From: an uncultured Alphaproteobacteria bacterium
GTDB lineage: Bacteria; Pseudomonadota; Alphaproteobacteria; Rs-D84
Reading direction: 5' to 3'
Length of the DNA stretch: 64,000 nt
Assembly: GCA_947053455.1 (NCBI GenBank)
Contig: CAMRSV010000002.1
Coordinates: forward strand, 57,502-121,501
Positions within the stretch are counted from its first letter, which is position 1. Each line of letters starts with the position of its first letter. Below are positions 8,476-18,717 of this stretch, one piece after another. The translations under genes were made by a program, and so were the position numbers. Below the pieces are notes generated by a model that had not been told where the DNA came from, made no database searches, and was given only the letters and a program-made list of their open reading frames with translations.

Positions 8476-9996
8476 ATGATTTCTTTGAGTTCAATAATAT
8501 TCAGCGGCATGGATGCCATACAGATTGATGTTCAGGTTCAATTGGCATCGGGTCTATCAAAACCAGAATTTAATATAATCGGCCTGGCTGATCGTGCGGT
8601 TAAAGAATCCGCGGAAAGAATACGAAACGTACTATCGGCGCTAAATTTGGCGTTACCGCCAAAACGTCTGACGGTGAATCTGTCGCCGGCCGACGTTGAA
8701 AAATCGGGTTCACATTTTGATTTACCGATATTGTGCGGAATTTTATGCGCCATTGGTGTTTTACCCGAAGAAAAACTATCACAATACATGATACTGGGGG
8801 AAATCGGGCTGGACGGTGCAATTGTCAAAACAGATGGAATACTGCCCGCTGCCGTGTGGGCTGCGAAACACAATATGGGCATAATATGTCCCGCCGCCCA
8901 AGGGGCAGAGGCAGCCCTGTCGCATAATAACGACATTCTGGCAGCGGCGCATGTTATGGAATTGATAAACCATTTTAACGGAACGCAGATTTTACGCGCC
9001 CCGGCAATCCATACACCGGCACAAAATGCCGCAACAAACATTGGTGATATGGCCGATGTTCACGGTCAAACAGCGGCCAAACGCGCGCTTGAAATCGCGG
9101 CGGCGGGCGGGCATGCAATGCTAATGATTGGACCGCCGGGGTCCGGAAAAACGATGTTGGCATCTAGATTGCCCACAATATTGCCAGAAATGACGACGGA
9201 TGAAATTCTAGAAACATCAACAATATATTCAATCGCAGGGAAAATGGAAAACAATGCGCTGATTTCAACGCGACCATTTCGTGCGGTACACCATACGGCC
9301 AGCGCGCCCGCACTAGCCGGTGGAGGCTCAAATGCGCGACCGGGCGAAATATCATTGGCGCACAATGGTGTGCTCTTTCTAGATGAATTGCCAGAATTTA
9401 ATCGGACGACTTTGGAAATCCTGCGCCAGCCGATGGAATCTGGTCACATAACAATTTCACGCGCGCGACAAAATGCAAAATATCCCGCCCGGTTTCAGCT
9501 AATCGCTGCAATGAATCCATGCCCGTGCGGACATTTGGGAAACACGGCACTGGCGTGTTCGCGTGCCCCCAGATGCGCCGAGGCATATCAAAATAAAATC
9601 TCTGGACCATTACTGGATAGAATAGATTTGCATGTTGATGTAGATGCCGTAAACCCATGGGAAATGAAAAATAACGATGATACCCCACGCGAAAGCAGCG
9701 AAGATATTCGCAAACGCGTTGTTGCCGCACGCCGTCGCCAAATAGAACGCCAGGGATGCGTCAATGCGCGACTGGACGGGCCGGAATTGGAACGCGCGGC
9801 GCCATTATCAACAGAATTGACAGATTTTTTAAACAACGCCGCGGAACGTATGGGTATGTCTGCACGTGGATATAATCGGGTAAAACGAATTGCGCGTACA
9901 ATTGCCGATTTGCGTGGGTCTGAAAACATTGAAATAACGGATTTGGCCGAAGCTCTGTCATACCGCCAAATCGGCCGCGGTAAATTTTCAGCCTAG
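8476..9996 (+). CDS. comM: ComM/YifB Mg-chelatase-like AAA+ helicase
   Basis: VNLSPADVEKSGSHFDLPI, GPPGSGKT, PGEISLAHNGVLFLDELPEF, AMNPCPCG. Confidence 0.95.
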   Translation: MISLSSIIFSGMDAIQIDVQVQLASGLSKPEFNIIGLADRAVKESAERIRNVLSALNLALPPKRLTVNLSPADVEKSGSHFDLPILCGILCAIGVLPEEKLSQYMILGEIGLDGAIVKTDGILPAAVWAAKHNMGIICPAAQGAEAALSHNNDILAAAHVMELINHFNGTQILRAPAIHTPAQNAATNIGDMADVHGQTAAKRALEIAAAGGHAMLMIGPPGSGKTMLASRLPTILPEMTTDEILETSTIYSIAGKMENNALISTRPFRAVHHTASAPALAGGGSNARPGEISLAHNGVLFLDELPEFNRTTLEILRQPMESGHITISRARQNAKYPARFQLIAAMNPCPCGHLGNTALACSRAPRCAEAYQNKISGPLLDRIDLHVDVDAVNPWEMKNNDDTPRESSEDIRKRVVAARRRQIERQGCVNARLDGPELERAAPLSTELTDFLNNAAERMGMSARGYNRVKRIARTIADLRGSENIEITDLAEALSYRQIGRGKFSA

Positions 9997-10146
9997 AGTA
10001 ATAATTATATTTAATTGCTTTTTACGTGTATTTATGATCATGAACAAAGTCAATAATTATCGCCATTTTTGCCGAAACCTATGGACATATAACATGTCAA
10101 AGAAATAAAAAACGGGGCTCAATGCCCCGTTTGCATAAATACATTT

Positions 10147-11388
10147 TTATTTTGCGAATGAATATTCCATCTTCAAATGGTTCGGATTATATGTTCCGTT
10201 CATTATCGCAATCGTATCTTCGACAATAACCAATTCTTCGTCCGTCGGAATCATCAAAACCTTGACCCGGCTGTCGTCCGTACTGATAACAGATTCACCG
10301 GCCCCCTTGAATGCGACCGCGGCCTCGTTACGTATGGAGTCGATTTTTATGCCCAGTTCCTCTAATCCGGAACAAAATTCTTCGCGCAGGCACGGATTGT
10401 TTTCACCAACCCCCGCGGTAAAGATTATCGCATCCGTATGTCCCAATTCCGCCATGTATGCACCAATGTATTTTTTGACATTGTGCGCTTCCATCTCTAT
10501 CGCCAGGCGACATTTATCATCCGCCCCCCTATGTTCCAAAACATCACGACGGTCAACAAAGCATTCGGTCAGCCCCAGAAGCCCCGAATTCTTGTTCAAA
10601 TGCGTTTGCATTTGATCCGGCGTCAGGTTTAAGCGCTTCATCACATACAGCACAACCCCCGGGTCCAAATCACCCGGCCGCGTTCCCATCGTCAAACCAG
10701 ACAGCGGCGTCATCCCCAATGACGTATCAACCGACACGCCGCCGCGAATTGCGGTGGCAGACGCACCCGAGCCAATATGCAACGTGATGAAATTACATTC
10801 ATCCGCCGGCCGCCCCAGCATGGCCGCCGCACGTTTTGATACATACAGATGGCTGGTTCCGTGAAACCCGTAACGACGAACCCCCAATTCACGATACCAT
10901 GCGGCCGGCACCGCATATCTATACGCCGCATCCGGCATTGTCTGATGAAATGCGGTGTCAAAAACGGCAACCTGTTTTGCATTCGGCAACAACTGCTTTG
11001 CCGTAACAATCCCCAGCAATGCCGACGGATTATGCAATGGCGCCAGCGGCGACAATTCATCAATTGTCTTTATTACCTCGTCTGTAATTTCAACCGACGA
11101 CGCAAATTTATCGCCCCCCATAACAACGCGGTGCCCTACACCCTTTATATCGTTCAGGTCAATTGACGCCTCGCGCAGCATGAACAGAACGACATTCAAC
11201 GCCTCGTCATGATTCTTCATAACGGTTTCTTTTCGCTGTTTCGTGCCGTCGGGATATTTTTGCGTTATAAACGAATCCGGCAGCCCGATTTTTTCAACGT
11301 TCCCGCCAACCACAACACGTCTGGTGTCGGCGTCAAATACCTGATATTTTAATGAAGATGAACCACAGTTCAGTGCAAGTATGTACAT
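10147..11388 (-). CDS. ackA: Acetate kinase
   Basis: LNCGSSSLK, GHRVVMGG, LAPLHNP, DTAFHQTMP, RRYGFHGTSH, FTAGVGEN, PTDEE. Confidence 0.97.
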   Translation of the reverse strand: MYILALNCGSSSLKYQVFDADTRRVVVGGNVEKIGLPDSFITQKYPDGTKQRKETVMKNHDEALNVVLFMLREASIDLNDIKGVGHRVVMGGDKFASSVEITDEVIKTIDELSPLAPLHNPSALLGIVTAKQLLPNAKQVAVFDTAFHQTMPDAAYRYAVPAAWYRELGVRRYGFHGTSHLYVSKRAAAMLGRPADECNFITLHIGSGASATAIRGGVSVDTSLGMTPLSGLTMGTRPGDLDPGVVLYVMKRLNLTPDQMQTHLNKNSGLLGLTECFVDRRDVLEHRGADDKCRLAIEMEAHNVKKYIGAYMAELGHTDAIIFTAGVGENNPCLREEFCSGLEELGIKIDSIRNEAAVAFKGAGESVISTDDSRVKVLMIPTDEELVIVEDTIAIMNGTYNPNHLKMEYSFAK

Positions 11389-11445
11389 TATGCCTTCCCT
11401 TTTATTTAATCACAGGGTTTAGCATAGCAGAACAGATGACGCGTT

Positions 11446-12030
11446 TCAATAACAAACTCGGAATTGTATGTACCAATCATCGTATTCTATATCGGTCGGG
11501 ACGCCAGTGGCGCGATGATAAACCCAATATTTCTGCTCGCCGCACATAAACACCGCATGCAGGCCGTCGTATTTCACAAATGTGTTGATGCCCGGCGCGC
11601 CATGCGCCCCCAACCCGAACGCATGCACTTTTTCATCCACAGAATATCCCGCCGACGGGTTTTTGCAAATCAGACACACATCAGCAAAAATTGCGGGTTT
11701 GTTTATTTCTTCAAAAACGCATTCAAACAGCGTTGTACCGTATAATTCTATAATCGGGCTGGTTGCAATATTGAATGACGCCCCGCCGCCAAATTGTGAA
11801 AACTTATCGGCCCAGAATTCATCCGGCACAGAATTAATATCAAAACCATCGCCGGCATCTGGAATATCCGGAATTGCGTCCGCGCGCGCCAATGCAAATC
11901 CTCCCAGGGTTTCTCCATCATGCACGCGCAGTGTTTTGGTATCGGTATCAAACGATATTTCGCCTGCCAGCCCGGTAAAGTTATCATTTTGCGCGGTGGT
12001 GCCGCGGCGAATTTGTAAAACTCGTGACAT
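11446..12030 (-). CDS. Phage tail-tip protein with Mtd-N (major tropism determinant N-terminal)-like domain
   Basis: LQIRRGTTAQNDNFTGLAGEISFDTDTKTLRVHDGETLGGFALAR matches the BPP-1 Mtd N-terminal pattern; AAGGA RBS. Confidence 0.8.
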   Translation of the reverse strand: MSRVLQIRRGTTAQNDNFTGLAGEISFDTDTKTLRVHDGETLGGFALARADAIPDIPDAGDGFDINSVPDEFWADKFSQFGGGASFNIATSPIIELYGTTLFECVFEEINKPAIFADVCLICKNPSAGYSVDEKVHAFGLGAHGAPGINTFVKYDGLHAVFMCGEQKYWVYHRATGVPTDIEYDDWYIQFRVCY

Positions 12031-12069
12031 TAAAAAATCCTTATGTTAAAAAAATGTTTGGAAAATAAA

Positions 12070-12091
12070 AACACCGCCAGTTGGCGGTGTT
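12070..12091. terminator. Hairpin terminator
   Basis: AACACCGCCA-gt-TGGCGGTGTT. Confidence 0.7.
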
Positions 12092-12140
12092 GTAATATTT
12101 ATATTATATCATAAATTCACAAAAAAAGCAATAATATTTA

Positions 12141-14510
12141 TTATGCGTCCCGCCCGCCGCCATACGACGCCATATAATCATTGAACAATTTCTCCTTATA
12201 AGGCTTCTTAATAGGTTTCCCCTTGTTGTCAATTTTGCCGGTTTCCGCGTCCGCATCAAATGCCTTCTGCTTGCCCTTTGCACTGCCCAGCGCCCATGAA
12301 TACATTGGGCCGGTATGTGTATTGCGCCCTGTTTCCAAGAAATCCCAGAACGCCATAAGTTCCATATACTGGTTTTTATGGTTATCATCCCACGATTTTA
12401 GCTTTTTATCACGCTGTGCAATTTGCGCATCCAGCATCTTTACAGATTCTTTGGCATTATTCCATTCGTTTATACGCAGTTCCTTTAGATGGCGTTCGGC
12501 ATCAAGGCGCTGCTGGCGTTCATTTATTTTTTCAATCGCACGCACATATGCGTTTGTGCGCTTTCCATCCGCCAATGTTTCAACACGCGCATCACGCCTT
12601 GCACTTTGCAACTTGCGTTCCAAACGCAACACTTGATTTTCCGCGTCCGCGCGTTCTGCGTCGGACAAACTCGGGTCGCGGGAATATTCACGCGCGTTAT
12701 GCAATTGTTCTTCTATGTGCCGAATGCGTTCCGGGGCATTTTGTGCCGCCATAATCACATTTTGGCGCCGATTATCCAGACCGGCCACCATGTTATTTTC
12801 CGCCGCCAATTCGGCACGCTTTTCCGATATGCTTTCTTCATTCAAGCCAAATGCGGCATCCGTATTGTCCAATGTTTCCTGGAGAATTGCGCGCATGGCA
12901 ACATTATCATCATACGCATTTTGCATTTTATTACGCGCAGATTCATTTTGTGCCACCTTCTCCATCCAGGCATCATCTAGCACATCAGATTTATTATTAA
13001 ACTTTGACCCGCTGAGCCGTATCATATTTCCAACAATTGTCACGCCATATCCGACACCAATCATTGCGGTTTTTATACTGCGATCCAATGCGGTCATTAT
13101 AAATTTTACACCGTCGTTTTTATTCCAAGACAAATTCTTGTCCGAAAATATCGTTAAATCCGTCTTGCCCAGCGCATCCATTATCTTGCTGGTGGTGTAA
13201 CCATATTTTATAACGGACAAAACCTCCATCGCGGTTTTTGCCTCGTTCATTTTGCCGTCGCGTACCGCCTTTAGGATAATTTCCTGAACCAATGCGCGCA
13301 TTTGCGTGCCATTTTTCAAAGCACCCGCAAACGCCTTGGGCATTGTGTTTTTCAGTTCAGTCAAGGTGTCTGTAAACCACTTGAACTGTTTTGCCGCGTT
13401 GGTAGATTTTCCTTTTAACTTGTCCGATATGGCCGATGCCGACGACAGAACCTTTTCCAAACCATCCGTCGGCTTTATTTTTTCCTTGTCTAACGCCTTT
13501 ACAATCAGCTTTGCCGCCGGCGAGAAATACATTCGGTCGCCATGCAGCTTGACGTATTTATCCAGATAATTTTCAAATGTAGTGTCCCACCATTCAGATA
13601 TGCGCTGCGGCATGCTTAATTCGTCTTCGCGCTTTGGCGGGATATAAGCTTCGGATTCTTTGTTATTATAATCAACGCGTTCTTTCGCCTCATTCAGCGT
13701 TTTTGAAATCTTGCTGCTGTCATTGGCGGAAAATGCCTCGAACGCATCTTTATTAGTGTACAACTCCTTTAGCAAGTCGGAGTAGATACCCTTAAACTCT
13801 CTTAATTTAGACGGATTGATTTGTTTATTTTCAAATTCAGACGAAATAACACTAAAATCTGGGACACTACCAATTATCTGGCGAACATTTTCTTCGGTTT
13901 GTGCATCATATTCCAATTGCCCACAGATTTGTTGTACGCGCGCTTTAAATTTGGGGTCTTTGTTGTATTTCTTATCATTTAGCCCGTCCAGCAAATCTTT
14001 ATACGAAAAATCATCATTGATAAGATTGTGTTGACGCAACAGATATTCCAGACGCGGCTTGCTTTGCAGCAATTTGATCAATTCTGCAATTTTTGCCTCG
14101 GCCGCGGCGGTGGCAACAGCATATGAAAACAATTGCCCGTCGGAACCAAAATATTGGTTCAAGAACTTGTTCGCCTTTTCAACATATTTGAAACTTTTCT
14201 TGTTGGCGTCCATTTGCCGGAAAGTGTCTTGAAACGCCTTGAACAGTTTATCCCATTCTTCATCCGACAATTCAAAATCGCCACCCAGTTCTTCCGGGTC
14301 AGGCAAAGATTTACGAACATATAGCTTATTGTTTTTTACATATTTGCCATCCGCGTCTTTTTCCAGCAGATTATTCGCCCAATCTTTTCTGTTACCGACC
14401 AGTTCGCCCTTGTCAACATATTCGCAAAACTGAACAAATTGCTCTATCGGCATACGCTGGAAAATCAGCCGCCGATAGTATTCCAATAAAAATTCGTCCA
14501 TTTTTGCCAT
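12141..14510 (-). CDS. Large hypothetical helical/coiled-coil protein
   Basis: 789 aa ORF; TTGAAT-17-TATAAT promoter upstream; C-terminal heptad-like region. Confidence 0.75.
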   Translation of the reverse strand: MAKMDEFLLEYYRRLIFQRMPIEQFVQFCEYVDKGELVGNRKDWANNLLEKDADGKYVKNNKLYVRKSLPDPEELGGDFELSDEEWDKLFKAFQDTFRQMDANKKSFKYVEKANKFLNQYFGSDGQLFSYAVATAAAEAKIAELIKLLQSKPRLEYLLRQHNLINDDFSYKDLLDGLNDKKYNKDPKFKARVQQICGQLEYDAQTEENVRQIIGSVPDFSVISSEFENKQINPSKLREFKGIYSDLLKELYTNKDAFEAFSANDSSKISKTLNEAKERVDYNNKESEAYIPPKREDELSMPQRISEWWDTTFENYLDKYVKLHGDRMYFSPAAKLIVKALDKEKIKPTDGLEKVLSSASAISDKLKGKSTNAAKQFKWFTDTLTELKNTMPKAFAGALKNGTQMRALVQEIILKAVRDGKMNEAKTAMEVLSVIKYGYTTSKIMDALGKTDLTIFSDKNLSWNKNDGVKFIMTALDRSIKTAMIGVGYGVTIVGNMIRLSGSKFNNKSDVLDDAWMEKVAQNESARNKMQNAYDDNVAMRAILQETLDNTDAAFGLNEESISEKRAELAAENNMVAGLDNRRQNVIMAAQNAPERIRHIEEQLHNAREYSRDPSLSDAERADAENQVLRLERKLQSARRDARVETLADGKRTNAYVRAIEKINERQQRLDAERHLKELRINEWNNAKESVKMLDAQIAQRDKKLKSWDDNHKNQYMELMAFWDFLETGRNTHTGPMYSWALGSAKGKQKAFDADAETGKIDNKGKPIKKPYKEKLFNDYMASYGGGRDA

Positions 14511-14693
14511 GATGCGCCTTTACATATCATGCATAATTATACTATTTTTTTAGAAAAAATTCAACTTTTTAGGCTCATTTATCGCGATAATATCGCAAAT
14601 ATTCTGGTATAACGGATAATTAGACAGGGCAAGCCATTGATATGGGACGCGGTTCCTGTGGAATAAACACAATGCCCGGCGTAAAATGACCAC

Positions 14694-15362
14694 ATGGCCA
14701 TAAAACTACGCGATGTATTGCTAAAATCCATACCATACCTGTTGTCTATCGCAGGCGGCGTTGTGTTATTTACCCTGACACAGGATAACATAAAAAGCCC
14801 CAGTATGGCAGATTTGATAAATAATATCGCCGCATCATTATTATCGATTCCGCTGGTGTTTTTGCTGTATGATTATTCAAATTCCCGTATTTCAAAGCGC
14901 CTGACGCAAACAATGGCGCAGAATATGGCGGACAAGGTTAATCTATTGATGATGAACTTAACAATACTTATGCGACATATCGCCGACATGCGCGGAAAAT
15001 TAACATTGGAATCAATTAATAGGATGGACGAGCTGACCCCAAGCCATATTGCAAAAAACATGAAAATCGGCAAAGACGAAATGGCAAACCTGCGCAAATA
15101 CCGCGATGAATTGGATGATTTGATATATAAATACGGCCGTGCAAACATAATATCAATCGACCGCGTTCAGGAACTGTCTGCAATGGCACGCGATTTGTCC
15201 CATTTAATAAACGAGCATAAATTTTATTCAAACCGTAAAATAACCGCAAAATATATAATAAATATAATAACCCGTATAACAGATTGGCTGGACACGGACG
15301 CGGAAATGGCACTGCATTTCCAGCAATTATTGCAACAAGGCGCAATCGGCGAAGAAAAATAA
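14694..15362 (+). CDS. Hypothetical membrane protein
   Basis: 222 aa ORF with two N-terminal TM helices. Confidence 0.7.
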   Translation: MAIKLRDVLLKSIPYLLSIAGGVVLFTLTQDNIKSPSMADLINNIAASLLSIPLVFLLYDYSNSRISKRLTQTMAQNMADKVNLLMMNLTILMRHIADMRGKLTLESINRMDELTPSHIAKNMKIGKDEMANLRKYRDELDDLIYKYGRANIISIDRVQELSAMARDLSHLINEHKFYSNRKITAKYIINIITRITDWLDTDAEMALHFQQLLQQGAIGEEK

Positions 15363-15462
15363 ATAAAAACGTGTATTTTTTCTTGATTTTTATAATTTAA
15401 TATGTCAAAATCTAGCCCGAACCACGGAAAAAGAACCATGTGTTCTTATTCCCGAGGCCAAA

Positions 15463-15538
15463 GGGGACATAGCTCAGTTGGTAGAGCAAATGACTTTTAA
15501 TCATTGGGTCCAGGGTTCGAGTCCCTGTGTCCCCACCA
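15463..15538 (+). tRNA. tRNA-Lys(TTT)
   Basis: GGGGACA acceptor stem, AGCTCAGTTGGTAGAGC D-arm, CTTTTAA anticodon loop, GTTCGAGTC, CCA. Confidence 0.97.
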
Positions 15539-15651
15539 AAAATTCAACCGCCGCATAGCGGTTTAATTTTTTGGTGCGTGCCGGAAATAAAATCTGTTGA
15601 AAAGAACCAAATGTCCGCCATAATCCAAAAGGATATAATGGAGCTAATAAA

Positions 15652-16329
15652 ATGGATAGACTGGCCAGAATAAAAATGCTGTTTGGCGACGAGGCAATTA
15701 AAAAATTGCAGAGCTCATCCGTTATGATTGTCGGATGCGGTGCGGTTGGTTCCTTTGCAATTGAGGCATTGGCACGTTGTGGCGTCAATCACCTTATACT
15801 TATTGATTTTGATAAAATAGAGGAATCAAACATAAACCGACAACTATTCGCACTGTCGTCCACAATTGGCAAGCCAAAGGTTGATGTGGCCGCGGCGCGC
15901 ATATGCGACATAAATCCGGCGGCGCATGTTGATGCACTGAATATTTTTTTTGACGCGGAAACAAAATTGGATGCGCATCCCGACTTTGTAATTGATGCCA
16001 TTGATTCCGTACCGTCCAAAATCGCCCTATACAAATGGTGCACAGCGCAACAGATTCCATTCGCCGCCAGCATGGGCGCCGCGCGCAAAACAGATATTGG
16101 ACAAATAAAAATCTCTAGCATTTCCCGCACCACCGTATGCCCATTGGCGGCAAAAATACGCCGATTGTCGCGCGAAAGTGGCCTGCCCGATTTTCCGGTG
16201 GTTTATTCAACCGAGATTCCCACCGGCCAATTGTCAGCCAACCGCACATTCGGTTCAATCGTTACAGTGACGGGAACATTTGGGCTAATGCTGGCCAATT
16301 ATGCGATTGATAATATTATTGCAAAATAG
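15652..16329 (+). CDS. tcdA: tRNA threonylcarbamoyladenosine dehydratase (ThiF family)
   Basis: VGCGAVGS, SNINRQL, VIDAIDS, SMGAA, CPLA, VVYSTE. Confidence 0.88.
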   Translation: MDRLARIKMLFGDEAIKKLQSSSVMIVGCGAVGSFAIEALARCGVNHLILIDFDKIEESNINRQLFALSSTIGKPKVDVAAARICDINPAAHVDALNIFFDAETKLDAHPDFVIDAIDSVPSKIALYKWCTAQQIPFAASMGAARKTDIGQIKISSISRTTVCPLAAKIRRLSRESGLPDFPVVYSTEIPTGQLSANRTFGSIVTVTGTFGLMLANYAIDNIIAK

Positions 16330-16453
16330 TCTAATATTTCTCATTTATCATCTAGGGATTCCTTCCTGTGTATTTGCTGCAAAAAGACAGGTATAATTAT
16401 TTTGTCTTATCTCAAAGACAACTTTTATTAAACCTTGAAAGGAGAAAAAACAG

Positions 16454-16666
16454 ATGAGAGGATTAACAAACTATGTTCTGAAACCGTTGACCTTTATTGG
16501 CGCGTTGAACTGGGGGCTTATCGGAATCTTTGGTTTCGACTTGGTTGCATGGATTTTCGGTGCCGGCACCCTGGCCAGCAGCATCGTATACGCCATTATC
16601 GGTATCGCTGCGTTGGTATGGCTGATATTGATATTTATCGACAGACCAGTACGCGACGCACGATAA
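16454..16666 (+). CDS. DUF378 small membrane protein
   Basis: IGALNWGLIGIFGFDLVAWIFG...IVYAIIGIAA. Confidence 0.88.
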   Translation: MRGLTNYVLKPLTFIGALNWGLIGIFGFDLVAWIFGAGTLASSIVYAIIGIAALVWLILIFIDRPVRDAR

Positions 16667-16737
16667 AAACAACATTGGATTTCATGTCATTCGCCCCACA
16701 TCGCGGGGCGTTTTTTTTTATAGATATTTGTATGCAA

Positions 16738-17319
16738 TTATAATTCATATACAAACAATCGATGTGGGAATTTTTTGCGGCCATACCGCGTAAAGCCGCG
16801 CCCAACATCAATCGTGCGAACGGGGTGCAACCCATCAATCGGCACATCCAACGTAATCAAAACGCGGAATTTTTCACTATATTCACGCAGGCGCCAATTA
16901 ACACCCGGCCCCAAATATGCAATCCCAATATCAAACCCGTCTGATGTTTTTAGATATTCAAACGCATCACACCAAACGGTTTTGACACGCCCAAAAGAAA
17001 ATAAGTTAAGCACCCATAAAATCGCCGCGGTCATCGGCATACTTTCCAGCGCCCAGACCCGTTTCCCACATTTACGCGAAACACAGCGCGCCAGACCACC
17101 ATACCCCGCACCAATATCACACGCGGTCTGCATATACGCGTAATGTGAATTTATCTCGTTTACGACTGCACGACGCAGTCGCCCGGCACTGGGAACAAAC
17201 GGAATCTGGCCATGAAAAACACAGAACGAATATTCCACGGACTTTAGCACCAAATACACAACCAATACAAACAGTGAAATAACAAACAAATATAAAGAAA
17301 CTGTCATTATGCTCATCAT
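16738..17319 (-). CDS. SAM-dependent methyltransferase-like protein with N-terminal TM helix
   Basis: PFVPS, DIGAGYGG motif I. Confidence 0.75.
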   Translation of the reverse strand: MMSIMTVSLYLFVISLFVLVVYLVLKSVEYSFCVFHGQIPFVPSAGRLRRAVVNEINSHYAYMQTACDIGAGYGGLARCVSRKCGKRVWALESMPMTAAILWVLNLFSFGRVKTVWCDAFEYLKTSDGFDIGIAYLGPGVNWRLREYSEKFRVLITLDVPIDGLHPVRTIDVGRGFTRYGRKKFPHRLFVYEL

Positions 17320-17360
17320 GATATTATTATAGATATATTCCCATGTAATGGCAAGAAAAC

Positions 17361-18578
17361 TTAATGGATATTCTGGGTGGCGTTATAAATATCGCGACTG
17401 ACAGATACAGCTAAAAACGCGAGAAGCACCGTTAAAATTACCATTGCTAGCGACATTATCCCCAACGCATTTGCACCGCCACCTAAAAGACCGATTACCA
17501 ATAAGACCATGCAACTAAATGCACGCCCCATATTAAGACAGCACTCACGACTGATAAAATATTCAACCTTGTTATCGCGATTTAACGCACTGTAATTTGA
17601 ACCATTGGTCATGTTCATTTCCAGCAATTGGAAAAATATGCGCCCCGCAACGGAATAGACCAGCATATATATAACCAGTGATGGAACCGTGTGCAGGGAC
17701 AAAAACAACAATACACTGCCCAGCATGAATGCACTGGATATAGTTAGCAACATTGGAAAACCGCGTAGTGTCAAAAAACGCCCAACAAACGCACTGGATA
17801 CTATAATAACGACCGATGCCAATGATTGAACCCAGCCCAATGCGAAATCTGTATGCATGAAATATACAATTAACATCGGCATCACAATCAATAACCTGTC
17901 AACGGACATGCCGCGCACAAATTCACAGAAAAATAATTTCTTGTTAAATGCATTTTTTCTACATTTGGCCAAGTACGATTTCATTTTTAGACCATTGTTT
18001 GATGCAGGTACACTCTTGATTGAAAAAGACAGCAAAAAACTTAACATCGAAAACGGAACAACCATCCAGACCATAACCGAATATGATGACGCCGTAATCA
18101 GCATTGCAACCAGCATCGGCAGCACGACGCGCATTGTATGCGCCACAGATTGGCGATACCCTGTATATTTAATCAATTGGTTTTTAGATAATTTTTCACT
18201 TATAATATTATTCCATGGCAGATTCATCGCCCCATCAGACAGTCCCAGCACAGACGCCACCAGAATAACAATCGGCAAATTCAAACTGCATGTACCCAAA
18301 ATTAAGCATGCACATATACGCAATAAAATACTAACCCGGAAAACCGTCATTTTGTTACCGCGTTTGGTTCTATCACCGGCCAAATAAAACCCCAGCGTTA
18401 TCATAATCGCCCAAAAGATATAAAAAACGGCAACCCCAACCATTTGGTTTTCAAAACTGCGCATTATATAGGATATAAGGAACGACGTTAGAAAAATATC
18501 CAATATTCCATATGATATGTTTATTGCAATTAACCGCGTAACAATATTATTAAAAAATGATGCTATTTTATTTTTCAT
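17361..18578 (-). CDS. MFS transporter
   Basis: About 12 hydrophobic segments; C-terminal EY..SRE..LNxGR motif. Confidence 0.8.
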   Translation of the reverse strand: MKNKIASFFNNIVTRLIAINISYGILDIFLTSFLISYIMRSFENQMVGVAVFYIFWAIMITLGFYLAGDRTKRGNKMTVFRVSILLRICACLILGTCSLNLPIVILVASVLGLSDGAMNLPWNNIISEKLSKNQLIKYTGYRQSVAHTMRVVLPMLVAMLITASSYSVMVWMVVPFSMLSFLLSFSIKSVPASNNGLKMKSYLAKCRKNAFNKKLFFCEFVRGMSVDRLLIVMPMLIVYFMHTDFALGWVQSLASVVIIVSSAFVGRFLTLRGFPMLLTISSAFMLGSVLLFLSLHTVPSLVIYMLVYSVAGRIFFQLLEMNMTNGSNYSALNRDNKVEYFISRECCLNMGRAFSCMVLLVIGLLGGGANALGIMSLAMVILTVLLAFLAVSVSRDIYNATQNIH

Positions 18579-18617
18579 GGTGTGGGATTTTATTGATTTT
18601 AACCCAACAAGTCAAAC

Positions 18618-18652
18618 AAAAAACGGTGCGTTTTGTTATCAAAACGCACCGC
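18618..18652 (-). terminator. Intrinsic terminator downstream of fabI
   Basis: CGGTGCGTTTTG-ataa-CAAAACGCACCG followed by T6 on the minus strand. Confidence 0.8.
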
Positions 18653-18717
18653 TATAAAAGTAGCTATCAAGCCACCCTTGAACCGCACAAAAAGCGATTC
18701 ATGCCTGTAAAAAGTTT

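Noticed and set aside
11446-14510. Diversity-generating retroelement around the Mtd-like gene
   Set aside because: No reverse transcriptase, no Avd and no TR/VR repeat pair visible in the window
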